Assembly (NCBI GenBank): GCA_041674705.1
Contig: JBAYVF010000001.1
Coordinates: forward strand, 1,238 to 65,237
Reading direction: 5' to 3'
From: Candidatus Omnitrophota bacterium
GTDB taxonomy: Bacteria; Omnitrophota; Omnitrophia; Omnitrophales; Aquincolibacteriaceae
DNA length: 64,000 nucleotides
The notes under the pieces: model-generated
The model's database searches: none
What the model saw: only the letters and a program-made list of their open reading frames with translations
What the model was told of the DNA's origin: nothing
Program-made: the position numbers and the translations under genes
Part shown: positions 34,482 to 43,974 of the stretch, piece after piece
Position numbering within the stretch: position 1 is the first letter of the stretch
Layout: each line of letters begins with the position of its first letter

Positions 34482-34610
34482 TTCCAAGATCCAAGAAACA
34501 AACACCAAATAAGATCCAATCATCAAGAAACAATAACCAAGCGGGGTTCGTTCGAATACTGAAATTGGGTTATTGGAATTTGCTTGGTTTTTGTATCTTG
34601 GTTTTTGGAA
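34482..34610. repeat. CCAA/TTGG palindrome family, copy 3
   Basis: ttccaagatccaagaaacaaacaccaaataagatccaatcatcaagaaacaataaccaag ... attgggttattggaatttgcttggtttttgtatcttggtttttggaa. Confidence 0.8.
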
Positions 34611-34619
34611 TATCGATTG

Positions 34620-35915
34620 TTAGGGGATTACAACGGTTAACGCAGTAATATCATCGTGCTGGTCGGCGCCGGTCGTAAACTTCCGGACATTCTCGAAGAT
34701 CCTCTCCGAATAGGCTGCGGCTGACGCAGCTTCCTCTTTCACGCATTCCGCGAGACGTTCGATCGTGTATTCCTTCCCGCGTTTGTCACGTGCTTCCACC
34801 ACGCCATCCGTATAAAGAAAGAGGGCGTCGCCTGCCTCCAGGTGGACCGTGTTCAGAAAAAAAGACGTGTCGGGCGCGAGCCCCAGCGGCGGGCTTTGCG
34901 CGCCTTTGAGGATCTCGGGAGTATTTCCCGAGGTTTTTCTTAAAAGTAACGGAAGATGCCCCGCCGAGGAATACTGGACCGTATTGGTGTTTTTGTCGAT
35001 CACGAGGCAGACCCCCGTGAGGAACATTCCAAACGGGCTGTTCACTGCCAGGCGTTGGTTGAGGGTGGTCAAAAGCTCAGCCGGGTCTTTGGCCTGAGGG
35101 GCGAGGAACCGGTACTCCGACATGGCGCGGACCATGTAAAGCGCGGCGGGGACTCCCTTGCCGGACACATCGCCCAGGATGATACCCACCCGGCTCTCGT
35201 CAAGCGCGATCACATCGTAGAGGTCGCCACCGACGTCAAATGCCGGGAGCGTAAGGGCGCAAAGATCCACCCCGTACCGGCGGCTTGTGAGGTCGGGAAG
35301 AAAATTTTGCTGTATCTCGTGGGCGATCTTGAGGGCCTGCTTGGCTTTTTCCTGCTTGACGATCTCGCCGTGAAGTTGCGCGTTCTCGATCGCGATGGCC
35401 GCCTGGTCGGCAAAGGTCTCAAAAAGTTCCAGGTCTTCCTGGCTGAAGCCATCGCGGCGCAGGGGATTGATCGCTTGAAGGACGCCGATGATCTTGCCCC
35501 GGGCTTTCATGGGGACGCAGAGGATCGCGCGCGTGACAAACCCCGTGGAATTGTCGAAGCGTTTGGCAAAACGCGGGTCGTTGTGAGGATCGTTTACGAT
35601 CTCGGGTTTTCCGGAAGCAGCCACGGAACCGGCAATACCTTCTCCCATTTTCACGCGGAATTTTTCCTCGAGCTCCGTGCCTTTGCCGCCGAGCGCCACG
35701 CGGAACACCAATTCATTCGAGGTCTCATCGATCAAAAGAAGCGAGGCGACTTCGGAGCGCATGACCTCGGAAGAAGTTTTCATGATCAGCGCGAGGAGTT
35801 CGTTCAATTTGAGCGTGGAATTGAGCACGCTTGTCAGCGCGAGGACCTTGCGGAGATTTTCAATGGTGCGATTCCCGGAGATTTTCTCGCTATGGATTTC
35901 GGGCGTTTTTCCCAT
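34620..35915 (-). CDS. GAF domain + PP2C-type (SpoIIE/RsbU-like) serine phosphatase
   Basis: GAF (ASLLLIDETSNELVFRVALG...AILCVPM) followed by the PPM pattern GGDLYDV...GDVSGKGVPAAL...LFLYTDGVVEA...DDITALTV. Confidence 0.88.
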   Translation of the reverse strand: MGKTPEIHSEKISGNRTIENLRKVLALTSVLNSTLKLNELLALIMKTSSEVMRSEVASLLLIDETSNELVFRVALGGKGTELEEKFRVKMGEGIAGSVAASGKPEIVNDPHNDPRFAKRFDNSTGFVTRAILCVPMKARGKIIGVLQAINPLRRDGFSQEDLELFETFADQAAIAIENAQLHGEIVKQEKAKQALKIAHEIQQNFLPDLTSRRYGVDLCALTLPAFDVGGDLYDVIALDESRVGIILGDVSGKGVPAALYMVRAMSEYRFLAPQAKDPAELLTTLNQRLAVNSPFGMFLTGVCLVIDKNTNTVQYSSAGHLPLLLRKTSGNTPEILKGAQSPPLGLAPDTSFFLNTVHLEAGDALFLYTDGVVEARDKRGKEYTIERLAECVKEEAASAAAYSERIFENVRKFTTGADQHDDITALTVVIP

Positions 35916-35923
35916 GGGAAAGC

Positions 35924-36631
35924 CTACAAAACCCTTTGAAAAAGCAGAGTGATCAAAATGGCATAGTTCAGGCTGAGGAGAAAGGCCGTCAGATCTCTCA
36001 AGGGTTTAAAAGGCAGGCGAAGCGTTCCCACGCAGGGAAGAAGCAGCAGCATCCAGGGGGAAGTGTTTGCGAGCAGGATCCAGGCGACAAGCGATCTTTC
36101 AAGGATCGCGTGGGCCACTTCCGGAGAACTGATGAGATAAAGCGGGGGGCGCTCTTTCAAATAGCTTTTGGCGAAGGCGTTCAGGATGTAGCTGCCCGCG
36201 AACGTGAGTGTGATGAAAAAAATCGCGCCCAGGGTCCAGGCATTCGTCTGGTAGATCATGTCCAGGACCGGGGAATCCGGAAATCCGCGGATCTCGCGGC
36301 TGATCGGTAAAAGAAAGATGGCGCTGATCACAAGAACATGGCACAGCTGGTCGGTCATAAAATAGGCAAAAGTGTTTTCCGGGGTTTTCTTTGTAGCCGA
36401 ATATTTGATCAGATCTTGCGCGAGATGGACCAGGACGAGCCCGGTCACGAAGAGCCAGATCTGAGGTTCGTTCAGGTAGGGATAGAGAAGGATGAGCGAG
36501 ATGAGGCCGTGGGTCAGGACATGGAAAAGTTGCCCCAGGAAGCTTCGAACTTTGAGCTGATAAAGCTCCTCGAACTGGAGAATGAAGTCCGCGATCAAGT
36601 GTGCCAGGATAAGTTTTAAGAAAAGGAACAT
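35924..36631 (-). CDS. DUF3307 family membrane protein
   Basis: N-terminus LILAHLIADFILQ and multiple TM helices. Confidence 0.6.
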   Translation of the reverse strand: MFLFLKLILAHLIADFILQFEELYQLKVRSFLGQLFHVLTHGLISLILLYPYLNEPQIWLFVTGLVLVHLAQDLIKYSATKKTPENTFAYFMTDQLCHVLVISAIFLLPISREIRGFPDSPVLDMIYQTNAWTLGAIFFITLTFAGSYILNAFAKSYLKERPPLYLISSPEVAHAILERSLVAWILLANTSPWMLLLLPCVGTLRLPFKPLRDLTAFLLSLNYAILITLLFQRVL

Positions 36632-36673
36632 AACGCCCCCTGTTTTTTTCCGGGATCATTATGGCATTTTTCC

Positions 36674-36713
36674 GGTCCTTGTCCAAAAAGATTCTCAAGG
36701 GTTGACAAGGACC
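36674..36713. promoter_or_regulatory. Perfect 10-bp inverted repeat GGTCCTTGTC-N20-GACAAGGACC
   Basis: Lies in the spacer between the ACR3 3-prime end and the DUF3307 gene start. The right arm contains TTGACA. Confidence 0.3.
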
Positions 36714-36777
36714 GCCCTATCCCGCCTTTGTGGCGGCGGGATGAAAGGTATCGGGACGGGGCTTGAGAAGCCTTTAT

Positions 36778-37824
36778 TTAAGAGACGAAATATTTTTTCC
36801 GGATCCAAAGCGCGAGAGAGACAAGCGAGATCAGGACCGGGACTTCCACGAGCGGGCCGATCACGGCCGCGAACGCGACTCCGGAATGAATGCCGAATAC
36901 CGCCACGGAGACCGCGATCGCGAGTTCAAAGTTATTGCTCGCGGCGGTAAAAGAGAGTGTGGCGGATTGACTGTAGGGAGCGCCGATCTTTTTACTCATG
37001 AAAAAAGAGATCAGGAACATCACAACAAAATAAATGAGGAGCGGAACCGCGATCCGCACGACATCGATCGGGATCCTCACGATCGTTTCGCCTTTCAGGG
37101 AGAACATGACGACGATCGTGAAAAGCAAAGCGATAAGCGTGATGGGGCTGATCGCCGGAATGAACCGGGTCTCGTACCAATTTTTATCTTTGATCTTCAG
37201 AAGAATAAAACGCGTCAGGAAACCCGCGATGAAAGGAATGCCCAAATAAACAAAAACGCTTTTCGCGATCTGGAGGATCGTAATATTCACAACGGCGCCT
37301 TGCATGCCAAGCCAGCGCGGCAGGACCGTGATAAAAACCCAGGCGTAAAGTGAGAAAAATAAAACCTGGAAGATCGAGTTGAATGCCACAAGCCCTGCGC
37401 AATATTCCGTGTCACCCTCCGCGAGATCGTTCCAGACGATCACCATCGCGATGCAGCGCGCGAGGCCGATCATGATAAGGCCGATCATGTATTCCGGATA
37501 GCCGCGCAGGAACGTGATCGCCAGCACGAACATCAAGATGGGGCCGATCACCCAGTTCTGGATGAGGGACAGGAGCAGGACCTTCGTGTTCTTGAACACA
37601 TCGCCGAGCTCTTCGTACTTCACCTTCGCAAGCGGGGGATACATCATGAGGATAAGGCCGATCGCGATCGGGATATTGGTCGTGCCGACCTGGAACTTGT
37701 TCCAGAATCCAACGATCGGAGGATAGAAGTATCCTGCCGCGACGCCGAGGCCCATGCCCAGAAAGATCCAAAGCGTTAAAAACCGGTCCAGAAACGATAG
37801 TTGCTTTTTAGAACATTCACTCAT
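36778..37824 (-). CDS. acr3: Arsenite efflux transporter, ACR3 family
   Basis: [16 protein letters not shown], conserved Cys motif GLARCIAMV, 10-TM layout. The start ATG overlaps the upstream stop (ATGA at 37821-37824). Confidence 0.88.
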   Translation of the reverse strand: MSECSKKQLSFLDRFLTLWIFLGMGLGVAAGYFYPPIVGFWNKFQVGTTNIPIAIGLILMMYPPLAKVKYEELGDVFKNTKVLLLSLIQNWVIGPILMFVLAITFLRGYPEYMIGLIMIGLARCIAMVIVWNDLAEGDTEYCAGLVAFNSIFQVLFFSLYAWVFITVLPRWLGMQGAVVNITILQIAKSVFVYLGIPFIAGFLTRFILLKIKDKNWYETRFIPAISPITLIALLFTIVVMFSLKGETIVRIPIDVVRIAVPLLIYFVVMFLISFFMSKKIGAPYSQSATLSFTAASNNFELAIAVSVAVFGIHSGVAFAAVIGPLVEVPVLISLVSLALWIRKKYFVS

Positions 37825-38516
37825 GAAGTTCCTCCTTGGAGCCAGTAGGCCCAAATATAATAAACGCCGGCACTAATGAAGATCAAGCCGGTGATTTTTC
37901 GGGTGTGAAGTTCGATTTTAGTCAGGGTGTGAAACCCATGGCTTAAAGATGTTACGCCGAGAGCGATGGTGAGGGCAAATCCAAGTACCGGAAGTCCCGT
38001 GCCGATCCCGTAAATTAAGGGGAAAATTGTTCCCGAGGGGTGATTCAGGGCCAAAGGAATGAGACTTCCAAAAAAGAGCGCCGCAGATATCGGACAGAAC
38101 GCCAGGGCAAAGATGAATCCGAGCAAAAAAGCTCCCGGCGCTCCGGAGTCGGCGAGTTTGCTGTGGTGTTTATGCGAAAGAGAGAGGCTCGGCAGGCGGA
38201 CGGTGATGATTTCAAGCAGGAGCAGTCCCGTTACAAGCAAGACCGGGCCGAGCGACTTTCCCATGTATCTCTGGAGAAAGAAGGCGGTCTGGGGGACGCT
38301 TGCGAGAGAATGAGTAATGATCCATCCCACGAGGGCGTAGGAGGTCATTCTCCCGAGCGTGTAGGCCAGTCCCGAAATAAATACAGCTGTTGGATGCACG
38401 ATCTTTTTTGACAGGAAAGAAACGGCGGCGATGTTCGCGGTCAAGGGGCAGGGGCTAAGCGAGGTCAAAATGCCGAGCCACAGCGCGGAGAGCCATCCGG
38501 TCCAGAAGGGATCCAT
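37821..38516 (-). CDS. CcdA/DsbD-like transmembrane protein (possibly ArsG-type permease)
   Basis: 6-TM protein with N-terminal LSPCPL motif, typical of the DsbD_2 family. Sits in an arsenic operon context. Confidence 0.6.
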   Translation of the reverse strand: MDPFWTGWLSALWLGILTSLSPCPLTANIAAVSFLSKKIVHPTAVFISGLAYTLGRMTSYALVGWIITHSLASVPQTAFFLQRYMGKSLGPVLLVTGLLLLEIITVRLPSLSLSHKHHSKLADSGAPGAFLLGFIFALAFCPISAALFFGSLIPLALNHPSGTIFPLIYGIGTGLPVLGFALTIALGVTSLSHGFHTLTKIELHTRKITGLIFISAGVYYIWAYWLQGGTS

Positions 38517-38950
38517 CAGGGCTCCTTTAAGAAGGCGGCCACTTCATCCCGCACATAATTCTCGTAGCGATCTTTGTTCCCGACATACTCCCAGATCTTA
38601 TCAAGGTTCTTGGCACGGACCTCTCTGCCGTTTTTTGTAAGGGAAAGCACAAGGGATTTTGTGTAAAGCTGGTAATCGTTCATGTAGTGTTCGTTGCCCT
38701 TTCCTTCCACATTCACGATTTTGAAGGCCAGTTTCCCGGAAGCCAGCGCGTCCTTGAAATTACTTTCAATGGATTCTTTGGCGTATTGCTCCAGCTTGTG
38801 ACACGTGGGGCAGCGGAAGGTTCCGTGAAAATAATAAGCCGTGACCATGCTGCCCGCGGGTGCTTCCTCGGCGGAGACCGGAGAAGTCCCGGAAAACAAG
38901 TAGCTTGCCAGCCCCATCGCGGCCAGAAGCAGAAGAGAGTTTTTTTTCAT
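38516..38950 (-). CDS. Exported thioredoxin-fold protein with CxxC (possibly ArsF-like)
   Basis: Signal peptide, then YYFHGTFRCPTCHKLE. The start and stop overlap the neighbouring genes. Confidence 0.5.
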   Translation of the reverse strand: MKKNSLLLLAAMGLASYLFSGTSPVSAEEAPAGSMVTAYYFHGTFRCPTCHKLEQYAKESIESNFKDALASGKLAFKIVNVEGKGNEHYMNDYQLYTKSLVLSLTKNGREVRAKNLDKIWEYVGNKDRYENYVRDEVAAFLKEP

Positions 38951-38958
38951 GAGTTCCT

Positions 38959-39192
38959 TTATCTTGCGAGGATCTTTTTGATCTCGTCCTTGTTCAGTAA
39001 TTTTCCCGCTGAGACCACGACGCCATCGACCACCAGGGCCGGAGTGATCATGACGCCATACCCGATGATCTTATCGATCTCTGTGATCTTCACGATCTCG
39101 GCGGCAATGGCCAGATCTCCCACAGCGCTTTCCGCATTCGCGGCCAGTTGCTTGCATTTCGGGCAACCCGTTCCAAGAATTTCAATTTTCAT
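38959..39192 (-). CDS. Small thioredoxin-family protein (redox-active disulfide protein 2 type)
   Basis: MKIEILGTGCPKCKQL..., 77 aa. Confidence 0.8.
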   Translation of the reverse strand: MKIEILGTGCPKCKQLAANAESAVGDLAIAAEIVKITEIDKIIGYGVMITPALVVDGVVVSAGKLLNKDEIKKILAR

Positions 39193-39207
39193 TTTTCCCC
39201 TTTCAAA

Positions 39208-40221
39208 TTACAGTATCCAATTAAAAAGAAATCCGATAAGCATGATGCCGGAGCCTACCACGCCCAAAAATACGGCGATCAGTCGCGGCTTTAAAACTTT
39301 GCGCAAAATAATGGTTTCCGGGAGCGAGAGCCCGATGACTGACATCATGAAAGCCAGGACTGTCCCGAGTGCAGCCCCCTTTTCCAGGAGTGCCTGCACC
39401 ACCGGAATGATTCCCGCTGCGTTGGAATAAAGGGGGATACCGATCAAAACAGAGACCGGTACCGACCACCATGCTTTTTTGCCCATGACCGATGCCAGGA
39501 AATTTTCCGGAACGAATCCGTGAATAAAAGCTCCCACCGCGATTCCCATGAGGACAAAGATCCAGACCTTGCCGACGATATCCCTGACGGATAGCCATCC
39601 GGCAGATATCCGGTCCGGCCATGTCAGCTTCTCTTCCTCGACAGAACCTGTCATCGATTTGTAAACCCATTCTTCTACATATTTTTCCATATGCAATCGG
39701 CCGATGAGCCAGCCCGCCGCAAAAGCGATCGCCAGGCCGGTTCCAAGATAGAGAAATGCGATTTTCCATCCGAAAAGGCCGAAGAGGAGTACCAGCGCGA
39801 TCTCGTTGATCATGGGAGCTGATATGAGGAAGGAAAGTGTTACGCCCAGAGGAACGCCTGCGGTGACAAACCCGATAAAAAGGGGTACGGCCGAGCAGGT
39901 GCAAAAGGGCGTGACCACCCCAAGCAGGGATGCCAGGATGTTGCCCACAAATTCTTTTTTTCCGGCCAGAATCCGACGTGTGTGCTGGGGCGTGAAAAAT
40001 GTTCGGAGGATGCCCACGCCGAAGACGATGAGGACGAGGAGCATCAGGACCTTGGCGGAGTCGTACACAAAGAACTCTGCGGCGGAGGCCAAGCGTGTTC
40101 CGGCGCTTAACCGGAAAATATCATAAGTGATCCATTGGGATAGCGCCGGTAAAAATCCATAAAGCGCGAACCACAGGATCAAAGATAAAAAAACGATCCC
40201 AAGACTTTTTTTGAGGATCAT
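39208..40221 (-). CDS. Permease (PF03773 family, commonly paired with the small thioredoxin)
   Basis: VVTPFCTCSAVPLFIGF motif and about 8 TM helices. Confidence 0.7.
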   Translation of the reverse strand: MILKKSLGIVFLSLILWFALYGFLPALSQWITYDIFRLSAGTRLASAAEFFVYDSAKVLMLLVLIVFGVGILRTFFTPQHTRRILAGKKEFVGNILASLLGVVTPFCTCSAVPLFIGFVTAGVPLGVTLSFLISAPMINEIALVLLFGLFGWKIAFLYLGTGLAIAFAAGWLIGRLHMEKYVEEWVYKSMTGSVEEEKLTWPDRISAGWLSVRDIVGKVWIFVLMGIAVGAFIHGFVPENFLASVMGKKAWWSVPVSVLIGIPLYSNAAGIIPVVQALLEKGAALGTVLAFMMSVIGLSLPETIILRKVLKPRLIAVFLGVVGSGIMLIGFLFNWIL

Positions 40222-40541
40222 GGTCTCTCCTTCGTTTTGCAGCAGCCGCCTTCAACTTTGATCGCCTTGAGATTGACAAGGGCATCGGAGATCTTGGAAC
40301 GCGCAGAAGTGAGGATCCGCGAAACCGTGGACCGGTGGACCTTCATCTTGATCGCGATGGCGTGCTGGTCGAGTTTTTGAAGATCGAAAAGCCGGAGCGC
40401 CTCGAATTCATCCAGCGTGAGAATAACGCCCTGAAGTTTTCCCGCGGGACGGCAACGGGGACGGAAGCAGCGCTCTCCGGGATCGCATTTGATCCACCTT
40501 GTTTTTTTAGGCCTCACGAAGGGGCTCCCGATGTTTTGCAC
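40218..40541 (-). CDS. DUF134 (UPF0251) DNA-binding protein, likely operon regulator
   Basis: LTLDEFEALRLFDLQKLDQHAIAIKMKVHRSTVSRIL (sigma70 region-4-like HTH). First gene of the minus-strand operon. Confidence 0.7.
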   Translation of the reverse strand: MQNIGSPFVRPKKTRWIKCDPGERCFRPRCRPAGKLQGVILTLDEFEALRLFDLQKLDQHAIAIKMKVHRSTVSRILTSARSKISDALVNLKAIKVEGGCCKTKERP

Positions 40542-40680
40542 ATGTGTGCATAATACCCGGCGGGGTCTCTCCCGTCAAGTGCCCGCGGCGCCACGCCTTG
40601 CGCAATGTTCTGGTTGGGGAAGAGCGGGGAGCTGTGATAAAATGCGCCCAGCATCGCACTCTTTAATAAGGAGGCCGAGC

Positions 40681-41064
40681 ATGGGACAAAAAAGATCGAT
40701 CCTGGTGGTGGATGATGATGTGGATGCCAGTCAAATGGCGAAGATGATCCTCGAGAAAACCGGACTTTATGCGGTGAGCGTTTGTAACCGGGGGAGCGAG
40801 GCTTTCAAGATCATTCAAAGCACGCGACCCGAACTGGTGCTTCTCGATATCATGATGCCGGACGCGGATGGGACGGATATTGCGGACCGGATCAAAAAAG
40901 ACAAATCGCTTTCGCTCACGCGGGTCGTTTTCATGACGTCGCTTGTTTCCCAAAAAGAGGTTTCCAAGAATTCCGTGATCGGGGGACATGCCTTCATCTC
41001 CAAGCCGATCACCGGTGAAATCCTTCTCCAGAGGGTCAAGGGATTTTTCGAAGTTGGGCATTGA
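40681..41064 (+). CDS. Response regulator receiver protein (single domain)
   Basis: SD AAGGAGG, ILVVDDD...LVLLDIMMPDADG...FMTS...KP. Confidence 0.85.
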   Translation: MGQKRSILVVDDDVDASQMAKMILEKTGLYAVSVCNRGSEAFKIIQSTRPELVLLDIMMPDADGTDIADRIKKDKSLSLTRVVFMTSLVSQKEVSKNSVIGGHAFISKPITGEILLQRVKGFFEVGH

Positions 41065-42058
41065 TCTTAAAAGCACGGAAGCCCGGTTCGCGCTCGAATT
41101 GATCCCGTTCAGTGCTGAGCTGGCGCGTCGCGTTCGGGCCGGGACCTCGATCCGCTCCGTGATCAAACCGGACCATTCTCCCGTCACACTTGCCGATATG
41201 AGCATTCAGGCCCTTGCCGGCGCTCTCCTGGAAAAATATCTTCCCGATGCGGTGCTTGTTGCTGAAGAAGACGCGGATCATCTGAAGGCTCCGGGAGGCG
41301 TCGAAGATCTCGAGAAGGTCACCGCTTATGTTCATTCCTTTTTTCCTCAGGCCACCTCCGGCGATATTTGCCGGTGGATCCAGAAAGGGCAGGATAACCC
41401 TTCAGGGACTTTTTGGACACTGGATCCGATCGATGGGACCAAAGGTTTTTTGCGTGGCGGTCAATATGTGACCGCGCTGGCGTTCATCCAGAACGGAAAA
41501 GTAGAATTGGCTGCGATCGGATGTCCGGAGCTGGAACTTCAGGATCACAAAGCGCTTGGCAAAGGCGTCGGGATCTTTGCGGCCCGCGGGCGGGGATGTT
41601 GGGCGGCCTCGCTTGACGGTCTAGAGAAACCTCAGCAGTGGGTCCGTCTGGAAGTTTCCCAATGTCAGGAAATAAACAAGGCCCGCGTTCTGGACTCTTT
41701 CGATCCGGAACATAAAAACGCGGAAAAGGACCGGTGCATTCGTGAAAGGCTGGGGATACGTTCGGAACCGATCACTTTGGATAGTATGGCAAAACAGGTT
41801 GTGCTGGCTTCCGGCGGCGCGGAGATCTTTTTAAGGACGCTGCCGCGGAAGGATCCCGGCCACCGGGAAAAAATATGGGATGTTGCGGCGGGCGCTCTGG
41901 CGATCGAGGAAGCGGGCGGCCGCGTGACCGATCTTGAAGGCGGGGAACTTGATTTTGGCTCGGGGCTTACGCTCGCGCGAAATCCGGGGCTTGTCGCCAC
42001 GAATGGAATCTTTCACAAAGCTGTCCTCACGGCAATCCAGGAGGCGACAAAATCATGA
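41054..42058 (+). CDS. 3'(2'),5'-bisphosphate nucleotidase / inositol monophosphatase family
   Basis: KPDHSPVTLAD, WTLDPIDGTKGF, WDVAAG. The start is uncertain (TTG at 41054, or the track ATG at 40988 that overlaps the receiver gene). Confidence 0.75.
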   Translation: MGIDLKSTEARFALELIPFSAELARRVRAGTSIRSVIKPDHSPVTLADMSIQALAGALLEKYLPDAVLVAEEDADHLKAPGGVEDLEKVTAYVHSFFPQATSGDICRWIQKGQDNPSGTFWTLDPIDGTKGFLRGGQYVTALAFIQNGKVELAAIGCPELELQDHKALGKGVGIFAARGRGCWAASLDGLEKPQQWVRLEVSQCQEINKARVLDSFDPEHKNAEKDRCIRERLGIRSEPITLDSMAKQVVLASGGAEIFLRTLPRKDPGHREKIWDVAAGALAIEEAGGRVTDLEGGELDFGSGLTLARNPGLVATNGIFHKAVLTAIQEATKS

Positions 42059-42537
42059 GATCTCAACCGAAACGGAAATGGATGGAATGCGCGTTGCGGT
42101 CCGCGCACGAGGGGCTCAAAAAATCCGAGGGCGGACCTTTTGGCGCGGCGATCGTGCGTGGGGGGCAACTTATTGCGGTCGGACATAATACTGTCTTAAA
42201 AGAACGCGATGCCACCTGCCATGCCGAGATCAACGCGATCCGCATCGCGTCCCGCAAACTGAAACATTTCGTTCTTTCCGATTGTGTGATCTATTCCACG
42301 ACCGAACCTTGCCCGATGTGTTTTTCCGCGATCCACTGGGCGCGTTTCCGGCAGGTGGTCTTCGGGACGTCTTTCGAGGACGTGGCGAGGCGGGGCTTCA
42401 ACGAACTCTATATTTCCAGCCGGAAGATGAAGCGTGACGGCAAAAGCCCTGTCCGGATCAAATCCGGTTTTATGAAAAAAGAATGCCGGGCGTTGCTTGC
42501 GGAGTGGGATCAAAAAAAAGATAAAAAAGTCTACTGA
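42055..42537 (+). CDS. CDA-fold nucleoside/guanine deaminase (GuaD/TadA-like)
   Basis: GGPFGAAIV, CHAEINAI, PCPMCFSAIHWAR. ATGA overlap with the upstream gene. Confidence 0.8.
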   Translation: MRSQPKRKWMECALRSAHEGLKKSEGGPFGAAIVRGGQLIAVGHNTVLKERDATCHAEINAIRIASRKLKHFVLSDCVIYSTTEPCPMCFSAIHWARFRQVVFGTSFEDVARRGFNELYISSRKMKRDGKSPVRIKSGFMKKECRALLAEWDQKKDKKVY

Positions 42538-42640
42538 AACCCTCGTTCGTTTTTGAGCGTTTTTTGCTGTTTCTGGTAATTCCGTGAAGTGTCGTGTATA
42601 ATTCCCACGACTTTTTCAAAAAAACCGTCCCGAGGAAAAG

Positions 42641-43387
42641 ATGGCATTCGATTTTAATTTTTTCAAAAAACAGCGAGCAGAATTCAAAAACGGCGTCTAT
42701 TCCGTCTACCAACCGATCGTGGATATCGCGACCGGGGATGTGATCGGGTACGAGGCCCTGTCCCGGGGCGAGAAGGAAATGCCCGCGGAGATGTTCCGCC
42801 GGTCCTATGAAAAAGGGACCGTGATCCCGTTCGATTTCCACTGTCTGGAATCCGCCATCAAAGTCCTCCCCGAACTGCAAGAAGGCCAATATCTTTTTCT
42901 TAACATTGAGCCTCTCACCTTGGAACAAGCCTTTTCGATAGGGAAAGAAGGGGAGGAATTTTTAAAGGGTCTGAAGGAATACTCCGGCAAGGTCGTTTTT
43001 GAATTGACCGAAGGTGTGAAAAAATCGGATTTTGCTTTTATTCAACGCGGTGTGGAATTTATCAGGGCTTTTGGCTACCGTTTCGCGCTGGATGACATTG
43101 ATGATATCAGCGTTAAAACCTCCCAACTGGCGTCGCTCAGACCAGATTTTCTGAAGATCGATCTTCAGCTGGTGCAGGGGATCGCGAGTAATTATCTCAA
43201 TCAGCAGATCGTCCGTGAGATGGTGCATCTGGGGCGCATGAACGGCTCTGAGATGGTCGCGGAAGGCGTGGAGCAAAAGTCGGATCTGGAATTCATTCGC
43301 AATATGGGGATCCGTTATGGCCAGGGATTCTTTTTCGCCAAGCCCGCCAAGGAACTGATTCTTTCTCTCCAATTACCGAAAGAATGA
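42641..43387 (+). CDS. Stand-alone EAL domain protein (c-di-GMP phosphodiesterase-like)
   Basis: YQPIVDIATGDVIGYEALSRG, ELTE, KIDLQLV, AEGVE, GQGFFFAKP. The DDFG motif is atypical (DDIDD). Confidence 0.8.
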   Translation: MAFDFNFFKKQRAEFKNGVYSVYQPIVDIATGDVIGYEALSRGEKEMPAEMFRRSYEKGTVIPFDFHCLESAIKVLPELQEGQYLFLNIEPLTLEQAFSIGKEGEEFLKGLKEYSGKVVFELTEGVKKSDFAFIQRGVEFIRAFGYRFALDDIDDISVKTSQLASLRPDFLKIDLQLVQGIASNYLNQQIVREMVHLGRMNGSEMVAEGVEQKSDLEFIRNMGIRYGQGFFFAKPAKELILSLQLPKE

Positions 43388-43397
43388 CCGGAAAATT

Positions 43398-43841
43398 CTA
43401 AGCGGTCGGCCCCATCGCCTTCGCGAAATTCTCGGCATTGCGGTCGATCCATACCTTCGCGGCCTCTTCTTCCGAAAAGGGATGTCCTCTGAGGAGCGAC
43501 ATTTTTTCGCGGTATTGACGGATCTGGATGATCTCTTCTGCGAGTTTGGCGCGGAAGGAGCTCACGGAATCTTCGAAGCAGACGCCGGTTTTGAACAGGC
43601 CGGTCTCCGTGTCTTTTTGGGAGTGCGTGACGTGCGCGTTCATCTTGAAAAGCTGTTTCTCGACCGGGATGGATAACTGCAGATGCGTTCCTTCGGGAAT
43701 GGGTTCAGGCCAAAAGAAAGCCAGCCCCCCCTGCGAAAGATCCTCTGCGCGCGCGTTCTCCGAGGTGTTACTCTCGACCCGCGTCAGCTGGATCGGAACC
43801 TTGATCGGATGCCTGAAGAATTTCCGTTTTTCATTTTCCAT
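43398..43841 (-). CDS. PilZ domain protein
   Basis: RKFFRHPIK (RxxxR) and DLSQGGLAF (DxSxxG). Confidence 0.8.
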   Translation of the reverse strand: MENEKRKFFRHPIKVPIQLTRVESNTSENARAEDLSQGGLAFFWPEPIPEGTHLQLSIPVEKQLFKMNAHVTHSQKDTETGLFKTGVCFEDSVSSFRAKLAEEIIQIRQYREKMSLLRGHPFSEEEAAKVWIDRNAENFAKAMGPTA

Positions 43842-43869
43842 GCGGAGAGTATAACCTATAAATTCATTT

Positions 43870-43899
43870 TTGCTAGGGCAGGGCGATTTTTTGTATAAT
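43870..43899 (+). promoter_or_regulatory. Putative promoter for the helicase-nuclease gene (TTGCTA-18 nt-TATAAT with TG extension)
   Basis: ttgcta at 43870-43875 and tgtataat at 43892-43899. Confidence 0.4.
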
Positions 43900-43974
43900 G
43901 CGCTCGGGAAATGGATTTTATATTTTAATCATAAAATTCTATTAGCAATCAAAATATAGCAATAGCGATCAATT

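Noticed and set aside
39221-39904. 227-aa alternative-frame ORF within the PF03773 permease gene
   Set aside because: It is on the same strand but in a different frame from a convincing polytopic permease, and its product is R/G/P-rich. Frame-shadow artefact.
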